DNA from: Octopus bimaculoides
Taxonomy: Eukaryota
Direction: 5' to 3'
DNA length: 64,000 bases
Assembly: GCF_001194135.2 (NCBI RefSeq)
Contig: NC_068988.1
Coordinates: 48,196,046 to 48,260,045, forward strand
The position numbers and the translations under genes were made by a program. The notes below the pieces were generated by a model that did not search any database, had not been told where the DNA came from, and saw only the letters and a program-made list of their open reading frames with translations. Within the stretch, counting starts at the first letter, position 1. Every line of letters starts with the position of its first letter. Below, one piece after another: positions 13,524 to 24,318 of this stretch.

Positions 13524-14156
13524 ACATACATACACAAAACCACACACAATATACACGCTCATATGGTGAAATCCCAAACGTAAGATTGAAACAAGTTCAT
13601 ATAATATCTAATGTTGTGCCTACGAAGATATTTTATTTAAAGACAAGGTTTTTATAGCTGTCAGTCGCACAGAGTGTTGACTAAAAATTATGCATATATT
13701 TTGTTGTAAAATATTTAAAATCATTCAGTAAGTTTCATACCGACGCAACAGTAAGTATTATACTGAATCAACAAACATGAAGGCTTTATATATGCAAACA
13801 AACCTCTCGTATTTGTTTCAGCACGTAGTGATAGTAAATTTATAAGATATGAATCCGTGTCTCTGTGGGAAGTTTAGCAGAGTATATGGTCACTGCTGAA
13901 ATTTCAATACAATATTAAAGATAGTCAAATTGCTACTTCTTTTTCTCTCTAAGAAGTTATTGCATTTAAAGACAAAATGTTTACATCTGGCCATTGAATA
14001 GTGTATCGGTTAAAATGTGGCCATTGCAGTGTATCGGTTATATTTTGTACTGCTGCATAGTTTTGAAACAAAATTCTGCTATCATAACAGTTAGTACATA
14101 CATACATACATACATACATACATACATTCATGTGTGTATGAATATGTATATAAAAC

Positions 14157-14295
14157 TTTCTACTCTAGGCAAAAGACCCGAACTTTTGAGGGAGAAGGCC
14201 AGTCGATTCGATCGACCCCAGTACGCAAGTGGTACTTAATTTACCGACTCCGAAAAGATGAAAGGCAAAGTCAACCTCGGCAAAATTTGACACAG
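14157..14295 (-). mobile_element. SINE of the abundant GGCGGCGAGCTGGCAGAA / GCCTTTCATCCTTTCGGGGTCGATAA family (partial)
   Basis: Reverse complement of the family's central and 3' region (GACTCCGAAAAGATGAAAGGCAAAGTCAACCTCGG). Confidence 0.85.
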
Positions 14296-14319
14296 AGTGT
14301 GACAAGGCGGGCCTTTTGA

Positions 14320-14517
14320 AATACAGGTACAACAGAAATGGGAAGAAAGATTGAGAGAAAGTTGTGTTAAAGGAGTACAGCAGGGTTCGCCTCCACCCAC
14401 CTCGTAGAGTTTAGGTGTCTTCGCTCAATAAACACTCACAACTTCCGGTCTTGGAATCGAAACCGCGATCCTACGACCGTGAGTCTGCTGCCCTAACAAC
14501 TGGACCATTGCGTCTCC
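14320..14517 (-). mobile_element. tRNA-derived SINE, 5' half of the 5422-5802 family
   Basis: Reverse complement GGAGACGCAATGGTCCAGTTGTTAGGGCAGCAGACTCACGGTCGTAGGATCGCGGTTTCGATTCC matches the head at 5422. Confidence 0.85.
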
Positions 14518-14574
14518 ATATACGCAACACACACACACATACACACACACACAAACATATATACACACATATAG

Positions 14575-14633
<59 letters not shown>

Positions 14634-14648
14634 ATATATTTGTGTGTG

Positions 14649-14685
<37 letters not shown>

Positions 14686-14834
14686 GTGTGTTGGTGTGGG
14701 TCTGTGGTGTGTGTGTTACTGTTAAAGTATAAAATTCAGTTATAGAATAACGATTGCCCTATCGCTAAAGTTTTAAAGACGGTACGTGAACGTTGTTTGA
14801 ACTGGTTATGTTGTATTTCCTTGCCCTCTTGGTC

Positions 14835-16729
14835 TGTTGCCAACTGTCGGGTAGAGTACGCTTTTCTTTAGTTAATTTGAACGTGCACATATTTGCAAAT
14901 TTGATTTAAAAACATGAGCATGGAAAGGGTGAGAGATGAACAGATAAATTGAAAAGAACGGTTTAAATCATTGTTAAATAAGCGTGAGACAAAAGAAAAC
15001 AGTGCTATGCTTACTCGTAGAAATTTGTTAAGTTTGGTAGCAGAATTATAGAATGCAAAACTAGCATACAAAAAAAGAATCACTTGACTATTGGTTAATT
15101 AAGCGTTATGATGTTCGTGAAGTTCAAGGAGTAGAAAAAAATTATTGTGCCGGTGACAGATGTAAAGCCTGATGTCTTTTATTGTTCAAGCGATGCACTG
15201 TTCGATATTTTATACGAAACGTATATATATATATATCTACTGGACATGGCGGTAGAAACCGTATGACAAAAGAACTCAATCGTCGATATAAAAACATTAC
15301 TCACAATGAAATAAAGTTATTTTTAAGTGTTTGTGAACCTTGGCAACAAAAAAGAAATAAATGAAAGAAAGACATTGTGTTTAAGTTCTTGGTATTTTCG
15401 CATCTGATTTCAAGATGTCAAGTAGACCTTATAGATTTTCAGTCTCAACCTGATGGAAACTATAAATTTATTTTAGTTTATCAAGACCACTTGACGATGT
15501 TTGTAGTTTTAAGACCTCTTCAAACAAAGAGGGCAGAAGAAGTCACTACGCAGTTGCTCGATATATTTTTATTGCTTGGTGCTCCATGTATTCTACAGTC
15601 CGACAACGGCAGGGATCTCTGTAATAAACATATAGACGACTTGAAAATAACTTGGCTGGGGCTTAAGATCGTACGTGGTAAACCAAGGCATAGTCAGCGT
15701 CAAGGTAGCGTTGAGAGGGCCAACCAAGACATCGAAAATATGTTATCAACTTGGATACAAGACAACCAGTTTACTTCATGGAGTCACGGACTTAAATTTA
15801 TTAATTCATGAAGAACAGATCGCTTCATTTTGGTATAAAGGGAACGCCTTACGAGGCTATGTTTGGCTGTGCTCCTAGAGCTGAACTGTCCACAACTCCT
15901 ACTCCAGGGGAAATGTTTGAATTAGTGGGGGATGAAGAACAATTTGAAAATGCCTTGACTGCTATTACTGCATCCTCCGAAGACTATGATGCCATTTCCG
16001 TCGAAGAAACGTCTCCGAATCAAACTGTGAAAATGTGTGTTGTGTGTTAAGAAAATTGCAAAGATAACCTATTTTGCTGGAAATGTGAGCAACCTATCCA
16101 TGTGTCATGCTCAGGAGTTATTTCGCATACTTTCAACGAATGTGACATTGAAATCACGCGTAAACTGCTCCTTTCTCCAGAAAAGGGAAGATTTGGCTGC
16201 TATTTCTTGCACGCTCAATACATGTAACAGGCATTTCGTAGCAGCAGGGCATGCTAGAAATAGCAGCCAAATCTTTGGCAGTGAGATACGTTGAATGCAC
16301 TCGAAAAAGACCTATGGAAAGAAAACTATTTCGCACCGAGTTTACGAACGGGTCTTCTATGAAATATTTTAAAATTATTTTCGCTTAAAAATATTTTTTG
16401 AATGTCCTCCAAAATTTTCGTAATGGTATTTACTGGAAAATAATTTTAAAAAACAATAATTTTTTTTTTTTTTTTATATAGAATATAAATACTTGCTGCA
16501 CAAACACCTTACAATTTTTAAATCGCATTCACTTAAAAATATTTCTAAATGATTATAGTATTGTGTTTAACAAAAGCAAAAATAGAAACATTTACTGTAA
16601 AAAAAAAAAACTCGTATTTTTCGTTGTCAAGTCACTGTGACTAATCGAAAGATAAGAGTTTCTGCCCTTTTAGGATTAAGATTATTTGCGGAATATTTTC
16701 CCATTATGCGACAGTTAGGCTGGATAACA
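14835..16729 (+). mobile_element. Ginger2-like DNA transposon (KRBA2/SCAND3-type integrase), decayed
   Basis: Integrase zinc-binding region GHGGRNR...CEPW, rve core QVDLIDFQ / LQSDNG / SVERANQDIE (ORF 15377-15811), KNRSLHFGIKGTPYEAMFG (ORF 15808-16050), and a Cys/His cluster at 16036-16110. Weak candidate termini TGTTGCCAACTGTCG (14835-14849) and CGACAGTTAGGCTGGATAACA (16709-16729). The outer limits are tentative. Confidence 0.75.
14920..16330 (+). pseudogene. Integrase-like transposase pseudogene (frameshifts and stops)
   Basis: DDE triad recognisable. Frameshift at the (TA)n tract ~15222-15236, in-frame stop at 15362-15364, frameshift near 15800, stop at 16048-16050. Confidence 0.8.
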
Positions 16730-16841
16730 TTGCAGGCAAGCAAAATTTAAACTTACTTTTAATGTATTGTGTATATGTGCATACACACACACATACACAC
16801 ACTCACATATATATATATATACATATATACATGTATGTATA

Positions 16842-17130
16842 TACTAGGGGTACCCAAAAGTAACCGGAAACGTTCTCTGTGGGACAAGCCCGTTGTGGTT
16901 CAGGAATCCGCTACTAGAAGCCACTTGATGCGATCCTCAGTCATCAGTCGACAGACCGGTGTCGTTCAGTGGAGTCGTACTGCCACGTAGTGTATCTTTG
17001 TTTTGCTTCTGTGAAATTCTGTTTTCTCCGGGGAAATACAGCGGCCAAAATAGTTGTCCTGCTTCAAACAGCCTACAAAGACGCTGCCTTGAGCAAAACA
17101 TAAGTTTACGAGTGGTTTCTATCGTGTTAT
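16842..17130 (+). mobile_element. Mariner 5' fragment (TIR plus N-terminal HTH)
   Basis: TIR-like TACTAGGGGTACCCAAAAGTAACCGGAA, then translation SVKFCFLRGNTAAKIVVLLQTAYKDAALSKT*VYEWF, typical of a mariner N-terminus. Confidence 0.8.
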
Positions 17131-17743
17131 TTTTAAAGACTTAGGGCCTGATTGTTATTGCAAAAATAGTACTTCTCAACAAGCAGACCAATATTTGTTG
17201 GTTTAAATGAGAATTGAGAGGTTTCTACGATTTTACTTTGAGAAATATTGTCATCGATCAATATCAAATATACAAAAAAAAAACAAACAAACCAAAAATG
17301 AGGTATTTCTGTACAGCAAAAATGGTAGCTAACCAAGAAAAAGTAAGGTCATTTTCAGATGCAGGGCCCTCAAATTAGCTAAAAAAGATATTTGGTGTCT
17401 CGACAACATTTCAAAAAATTTATTTTGTTGACCAGTGTAATTTATTTGTATTACAATATTATATTAAATACTATGAATATTATATATAACATAAAACATA
17501 ACATAATATTATATAAACAATTATAAAAACCATATAAATCCAACAAATTGTTTCGGATTATATATATGATTTCTGATATACCTAATTACAGTTCAATTAT
17601 TTATAAGCCACTTCAGGGTAAATCGGTTCAGGAAGACAAAATCCCATCTGGAAAGGACGGCTGGATTATAAAAATTAATTAATTCATATGTCTGTGTTAT
17701 CAGCATAATTTCCAGTGTATGTAGGTCCCAACTCTGTCGTGTC

Positions 17744-17745
<2 letters not shown>

Positions 17746-17833
<88 letters not shown>
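17746..17833. repeat. (TTA)n microsatellite
   Basis: Direct reading; it produces the poly-Ile ORFs. Confidence 0.97.
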
Positions 17834-17834
<1 letters not shown>

Positions 17835-17835
17835 C

Positions 17836-18705
17836 AAGGCTCCAAGCTAACAGAGTTGTTAGCACGCCGGGCAAAATGCTTCGCGGCATTTCGTCCGTTT
17901 TTATGTTCTGAGTTCAAATTCCGCTGAGGTCGACTTTCTTTCGGTGTGGATAAATTAAGAACTACTGGGGTCGATGTAATAGACGAATCCCATCCACCAA
18001 AATTTCAAGCCATGTGTCTTTAGTACAAAGGATTATTATCATTATTAAGAAGGCAGTGAACTTGCAGAAATGTTAGCACGCTGATTGAAATGCTTAGCAA
18101 ACGTTTCGTCTGTATTTACGTTCTAAGTTAAAATTCCACCGAGGTCGACTTTGCCTTTCATGCTCTCGGGGTCGATAAACTAAGTACCATTGAAGGTCGA
18201 TGTAATTGATTAGTCCCCTCACCTAAATTTTTTAGGTCTTGTGCCTTTATTGAGGCGGCGATCTGGCAGATCGTTAGTACACTGGACGAAATGCAAAGTG
18301 GTATTTCACCCATCGCTACGTTCTCAGTTCAAATTCCGGCGAGGTTGACTTTGCCCTTCATCCTTTAGGAGAAGTCGATAATACAAACACCAGTCGAGCA
18401 ATGGAGTCAATATACTCAACAAATCCCCACCACCCCACACTGCCCTTGTAGCAAAAATTGAAAATAGTTATTGAGGTGCCGAACTGGTAGAATTGGAGCC
18501 AAACTGGATAAAATGCTTAGCCACATTCTTTTTGTTTTATTTCTGGCTCTCTATGTTCCGAGTTCAAATACCTCCGAAGGTAGGTTTTCCTTTCATTTTT
18601 TCGGAGTCGAAAAAATAAGTACCAACAGAGCACCGGGGTCGATGCAATCGACTAACACCATTCCCGCAAAATTCTGGCATTGTGCCTTTTGTAGAACGGG
18701 TTATT
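17836..18705 (+). mobile_element. Four head-to-tail diverged SINE copies (approx. 17836-18032, 18050-18249, 18252-18465, 18473-18705)
   Basis: Each unit starts with (A/G)AGG(C/T)-type head...TTAGCAC and contains TTCAAATTCCGCCGAGGTCGACTTTGCCTTTCATC-like and GTCGATGTAATCGA-like blocks. Confidence 0.85.
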
Positions 18706-19404
18706 ATTACACTTGAAAACTGATAGCGAATACATTTACTGAATCACAGGTGTAAGTATGAAAGCAGAAAAGTAAAGTGACAACAGATGATTTAATGATT
18801 AAATATCTGCTTAATCTTGAACGCTACAAACATATAACAGACACGCTTATTTGCATTGCTGTTTTTTTTTTTCTTTTTTTTTTTTTGCAGAAATCAAAAC
18901 TACTGCCAAAAAAGAAAGGCAAAAAAAAAAAAGACAAACGACAGAAAGAAAAAAATAAGAAAAGAAAAGGGAAAAATAGACATTAGAAAGCTCCAGAAGG
19001 ATGTTTTAGCAAATAATATTAAGAAGATAGTCAAAATTAGAACCCCGTTTAGACTGAAACAAATCTGATTCTTGAAAGTGGCATTACAGGAATATAATAT
19101 TGACAAATCATTAACTTGTGTAGATAATATAATCTCCATCAATTTTAGAGATATTTTCCATCTTCATCACACACATTGCTTTATCTCAAACTGAAGTTTT
19201 CTTTCCTTTCTAGATTTCTATGTATCGTCTCTTATATATGTGTATGTATACATACATACATACATATATATATATATGTGTATGTATGTATACATACACA
19301 CACACACATAATATATTTACAAAGAAATATATGTATCTATGTGCGTGTGTGTGTGTATATATATATGTATATATATATATATAATATATATTTACATATT
19401 CTTT

Positions 19405-19565
19405 TATTCTTTTACTTGTTTCAGTCATTTGACCACGGTCATGCTGGAGCACCGCCTATAGTCGAACAAATTGATCCCAGGACTTATTCTTTGTAAGCCT
19501 AGTACTTATTCTCTCGGTTGTCAAGTGACGGTGTGGGGGGGGGGCAAACAGAGACAGACACACAC
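19405..19565 (-). mobile_element. 3' part of a second octopus SINE family (TTTCAGTCATTTGACTGCGGCCATGCTGGAGCACCGCC type)
   Basis: Similar to the 57125-57340 segment of the complete copy at 57125-57612. Confidence 0.75.
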
Positions 19566-20433
19566 GCGTATACATATGTATGTATGTATATATATATATA
19601 TATATATATATACAAATTTAAGGAATGGAGAAAACGCATGTTATAACTGCATACCGCGTTTTCTCCATTCCTTAAATTTTTAAATATACTCAAATACCCA
19701 AAATATCAANNNNNNNNNNNNNNNNNNNNNNNNNNNNNNNNNNNNNNNNNNNNNNNNNNNNNNNNNNNNNNNNNNNNNNNNNNNNNNNNNNNNNNNNNNN
19801 NNNNNNNNNNNNNNNNNNNNNNNNNNNNNNNNNNNNNNNNNNNNNNNNNNNNNNNNNNNNNNNNNNNNNNNNNNNNNNNNNNNNNNNNNNNNNNNNNNNN
19901 NNNNNNNNNNNNNNNNNNNNNNNNNNNNNNNNNNNNNNNNNNNNNNNNNNNNNNNNNNNNNNNNNNNNNNNNNNNNNNNNNNNNNNNNNNNNNNNNNNNN
20001 NNNNNNNNNNNNNNNNNNNNNNNNNNNNNNNNNNNNNNNNNNNNNNNNNNNNNNNNNNNNNNNNNNNNNNNNNNNNNNNNNNNNNNNNNNNNNNNNNNNN
20101 NNNNNNNNNNNNNNNNNNNNNNNNNNNNNNNNNNNNNNNNNNNNNNNNNNNNNNNNNNNNNNNNNNNNNNNNNNNNNNNNNNNNNNNNNNNNNNNNNNNN
20201 NNNNNNNNNNNNNNNNNNNNNNNNNNNNNNNNNNNNNNNNNNNNNNNNNNNNNNNNNNNNNNNNNNNNNNNNNNNNNNNNNNNNNNNNNNNNNNNNNNNN
20301 NNNNNNNNNNNNNNNNNNNNNNNNNNNNNNNNNNNNNNNNNNNNNNNNNNNNNNNNNNNNNNNNNNNNNNNNNNNNNNNNNNNNNNNNNNNNNNNNNNNN
20401 NNNNNNNNNNNNNNNNNNNNNNNNNNNNNNNNN

Positions 20434-20469
<36 letters not shown>

Positions 20470-21297
20470 ACACAAACACACGTATAATATCTATGTGTCT
20501 GTATTTTATACGAGTATGTGTATTGGTGGGTGTGCGTTCTTGTCTCCGTCCCTTTCTGAATCTCAAACGCCGTGTTTTTCTCTCATCTCTATACGACTCT
20601 GTTTTCTCACTCCCCTCCACTCCCCTCTCTCTCTGTTTTCAGTTTATTTATCAATTTGCCAATTTATCTAAGTGATCCATCCCGACATCAATATATCAAT
20701 GTGTATGGATATCATCAGTTACTTGTTTTTCTTGCTGTTGTTGTTGGCGGTGCAATCGGTGGTGGTGGTCGTCGTCGTATTGATGGCGATAGTGATGTCG
20801 ATAGTGGTGTTGTTGCTGCTGTTTGAGATTGTTTTCAATGGATGCATTGATCTCCGAAACTCTTGAGCCATTTGTCTAATCAACAATCTATAGAATTTGT
20901 CTGACAAGCTTGTGATCTATTTATTCGGTAATCCATCTGGATATGTATGTGCGTGTGTTTTTGTGTATCTGTGCGTATGCGTGTCTGTGTATGTGTGTGT
21001 GTGCGTGCGTGTGAACAAGAGAGTAAAAGAGAGAGAAAAATAAAGAAATAATCTCAATGTGTTCTCGACTATGTGGTTGTGTGTGTCTGTGCCCAACATT
21101 TGTTTCCCTGCAGCAACTGACCTGAGTGCCAACCTGTTTACAAATTGCATTTATCTAAACATCCACACGTACATCCGAATACAACACACATGTATAAATA
21201 AACTTGGCTATTCATACATCACGTATGTATATAAGTATACATACATACATACACACGCACGCACACATATATACATATATACACACATACATGCATG

Positions 21298-21340
<43 letters not shown>

Positions 21341-22099
21341 ATGTATGTATTTATATATATATATATATACANNNNNNNNNNNNNNNNNNNNNNNNNNNNN
21401 NNNNNNNNNNNNNNNNNNNNNNNNNNNNNNNNNNNNNNNNNNNNNNNNNNNNNNNNNNNNNNNNNNNNNNNNNNNNNNNNNNNNNNNNNNNNNNNNNNNN
21501 NNNNNNNNNNNNNNNNNNNNNNNNNNNNNNNNNNNNNNNNNNNNNNNNNNNNNNNNNNNNNNNNNNNNNNNNNNNNNNNNNNNNNNNNNNNNNNNNNNNN
21601 NNNNNNNNNNNNNNNNNNNNNNNNNNNNNNNNNNNNNNNNNNNNNNNNNNNNNNNNNNNNNNNNNNNNNNNNNNNNNNNNNNNNNNNNNNNNNNNNNNNN
21701 NNNNNNNNNNNNNNNNNNNNNNNNNNNNNNNNNNNNNNNNNNNNNNNNNNNNNNNNNNNNNNNNNNNNNNNNNNNNNNNNNNNNNNNNNNNNNNNNNNNN
21801 NNNNNNNNNNNNNNNNNNNNNNNNNNNNNNNNNNNNNNNNNNNNNNNNNNNNNNNNNNNNNNNNNNNNNNNNNNNNNNNNNNNNNNNNNNNNNNNNNNNN
21901 NNNNNNNNNNNNNNNNNNNNNNNNNNNNNNNNNNNNNNNNNNNNNNNNNNNNNNNNNNNNNNNNNNNNNNNNNNNNNNNNNNNNNNNNNNNNNNNNNNNN
22001 NNNNNNNNNNNNNNTCTCCTCTCCATTATTATCATCATAAATGACATGTAATGTGCTGGAACATCCGCTTTTCTCAGTTGCTATACGTTTGACTATTTT

Positions 22100-22800
22100 C
22101 TATACAGTTTGTTGTTACCCGTTATTGTATTTTTTAGTGTGATCCGTGACACACTCAATTCCTTACCCACTCCATCTTATTCTTTTGAAAAAATGTACGA
22201 TCGCTCTCTCATTTATCTTTCGAGTGATGTAAACCTCTTCGGCGCATATATCGGAAATATGTTGAGGGTACGTGTAAACCCAACTCGTTCTTGGGCAATC
22301 TACTTTCCTTCTTGCGTGCTTGTTCTTGAATGTGTTCTAAGGGCAAGAAAGCACTGTATCTCGTAACGTTTATTCCGCATGCTTTTATCTTTTTGTTAAG
22401 GAGCCGAACAATATCCAGCGACACATTTTCCTGGCTGCCCTAGCAAGAAGTATTAACATTTTGGATTTCACATAACGGTCTTGTTTGCATGTCAGATTAA
22501 TGGAATATGCTTTTAGGAAGTATATATGTCTATAGAATGATCTACGACGACAGAAATCTGATGCAACCGTAACAACATGAACTGATAACCTTGCAAAGAA
22601 GTGTGTGTGTATACATATGTCGTTCAATACTCGAAATGGGGAGTAGATAGACGGCCGACAACTATTGAAGGGTCGTTCCTTATGCTACTTGTCCTGTTTT
22701 CCATTTGTTTCGTTGTTTGCGTATTGAACTCATTTACTTATTTACTTTCGTATTTCATGTTCTTTACTGTCGGTGACGTCCTGTACCCATATATGTATGA
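22100..22800 (+). mobile_element. Probable Penelope-like element remnant (GIY-YIG endonuclease region plus terminal repeat)
   Basis: ORF 22109-22366 contains SLIYLSSDVNLFGAYIGNMLRVRV (IY-x10-YIG spacing), with RLMEYAFRKY further downstream. 22615-22800 resembles the repeat at 55250-55440 (minus strand). Confidence 0.4.
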
Positions 22801-23477
22801 ATATATANNNNNNNNNNNNNNNNNNNNNNNNNNNNNNNNNNNNNNNNNNNNNNNNNNNNNNNNNNNNNNNNNNNNNNNNNNNNNNNNNNNNNNNNNNNNN
22901 NNNNNNNNNNNNNNNNNNNNNNNNNNNNNNNNNNNNNNNNNNNNNNNNNNNNNNNNNNNNNNNNNNNNNNNNNNNNNNNNNNNNNNNNNNNNNNNNNNNN
23001 NNNNNNNNNNNNNNNNNNNNNNNNNNNNNNNNNNNNNNNNNNNNNNNNNNNNNNNNNNNNNNNNNNNNNNNNNNNNNNNNNNNNNNNNNNNNNNNNNNNN
23101 NNNNNNNNNNNNNNNNNNNNNNNNNNNNNNNNNNNNNNNNNNNNNNNNNNNNNNNNNNNNNNNNNNNNNNNNNNNNNNNNNNNNNNNNNNNNNNNNNNNN
23201 NNNNNNNNNNNNNNNNNNNNNNNNNNNNNNNNNNNNNNNNNNNNNNNNNNNNNNNNNNNNNNNNNNNNNNNNNNNNNNNNNNNNNNNNNNNNNNNNNNNN
23301 NNNNNNNNNNNNNNNNNNNNNNNNNNNNNNNNNNNNNNNNNNNNNNNNNNNNNNNNNNNNNNNNNNNNNNNNNNNNNNNNNNNNNNNNNNNNNNNNNNNN
23401 NNNNNNNNNNNNNNNNNNNNNNNNNNNNNNNNNNNNNNNNNNNNNNNNNNNNNNNNNNNNNNNATATGTATATATAC

Positions 23478-24042
23478 GTAATTAGAAAATGGAGAAAACC
23501 ATAGATTAACCAACATATTGATTGGACCACATTTATAGCTTATTTATTAATACAAAGCCTGACAAAACAAATCTTACAGCCGTTTCTAATCAGATTACCA
23601 GAATGCAGTCTATGCATAAATGCGAGAATAAAATTCTTCATCTTCATAGGGCATTCGAATTAAGGAAACGGATCTTCATCAGAGTGAAAAATAAGAGCAT
23701 ACAATATAAACTAAAGGAAAAGGAAACTAAAGGAAAGAAAAAATGGCGTAGACAAATACTCTAGAAGCTCAATATCTTAAGTGCAAATAAATTTACTATC
23801 ACAGCTAAAACAGCGTAGATGAAAGAGTAGGCTATAAAAGGTCTAGGGAATACTACAAATTATTAATGGGTGGGTGCAATTAGAAATGACGTAGGAGTCA
23901 GGGTGTTTAAAAAAATAAGTTATCAAGAAACTCGATGTAACAAAAGTACTAACATAATTATCAAAGGTCAAACTTATGTTAACGGAGTAAACTTAAAATC
24001 GATGTGTTGGTTAATCTATGGTTTTTTCCATTTTCTAATTAC
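23478..24042. mobile_element. MITE-like element with 45-bp terminal inverted repeats
   Basis: 23478-23522 and the reverse complement of 23998-24042 match at 42/45 positions. The interior is AT-rich and non-coding. Confidence 0.55.
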
Positions 24043-24284
24043 TTGCATTGATTGTTGATCAACTCTTGTTAATCCTGTTGTTATCTGCACTTGACGTGTA
24101 TGGTGTACCTGCACACCATCGCCCGAAGATAATACAGGTAACGGACACTGATAGTATATACGGATATTTTAACTCTTAGTCGGTTACTATACCCGCTAAC
24201 TCTGTTTATATATACATACATACATACATACATTCATACATACATACATACATACATACATGCATACATACATACATACACACG

Positions 24285-24318
<34 letters not shown>

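Noticed and set aside
17836-18705. Regularly spaced repeats resembling a CRISPR array
   Set aside because: The units are ~200-bp diverged SINE copies in a eukaryotic context, with no short identical repeats, unique spacers or cas genes.
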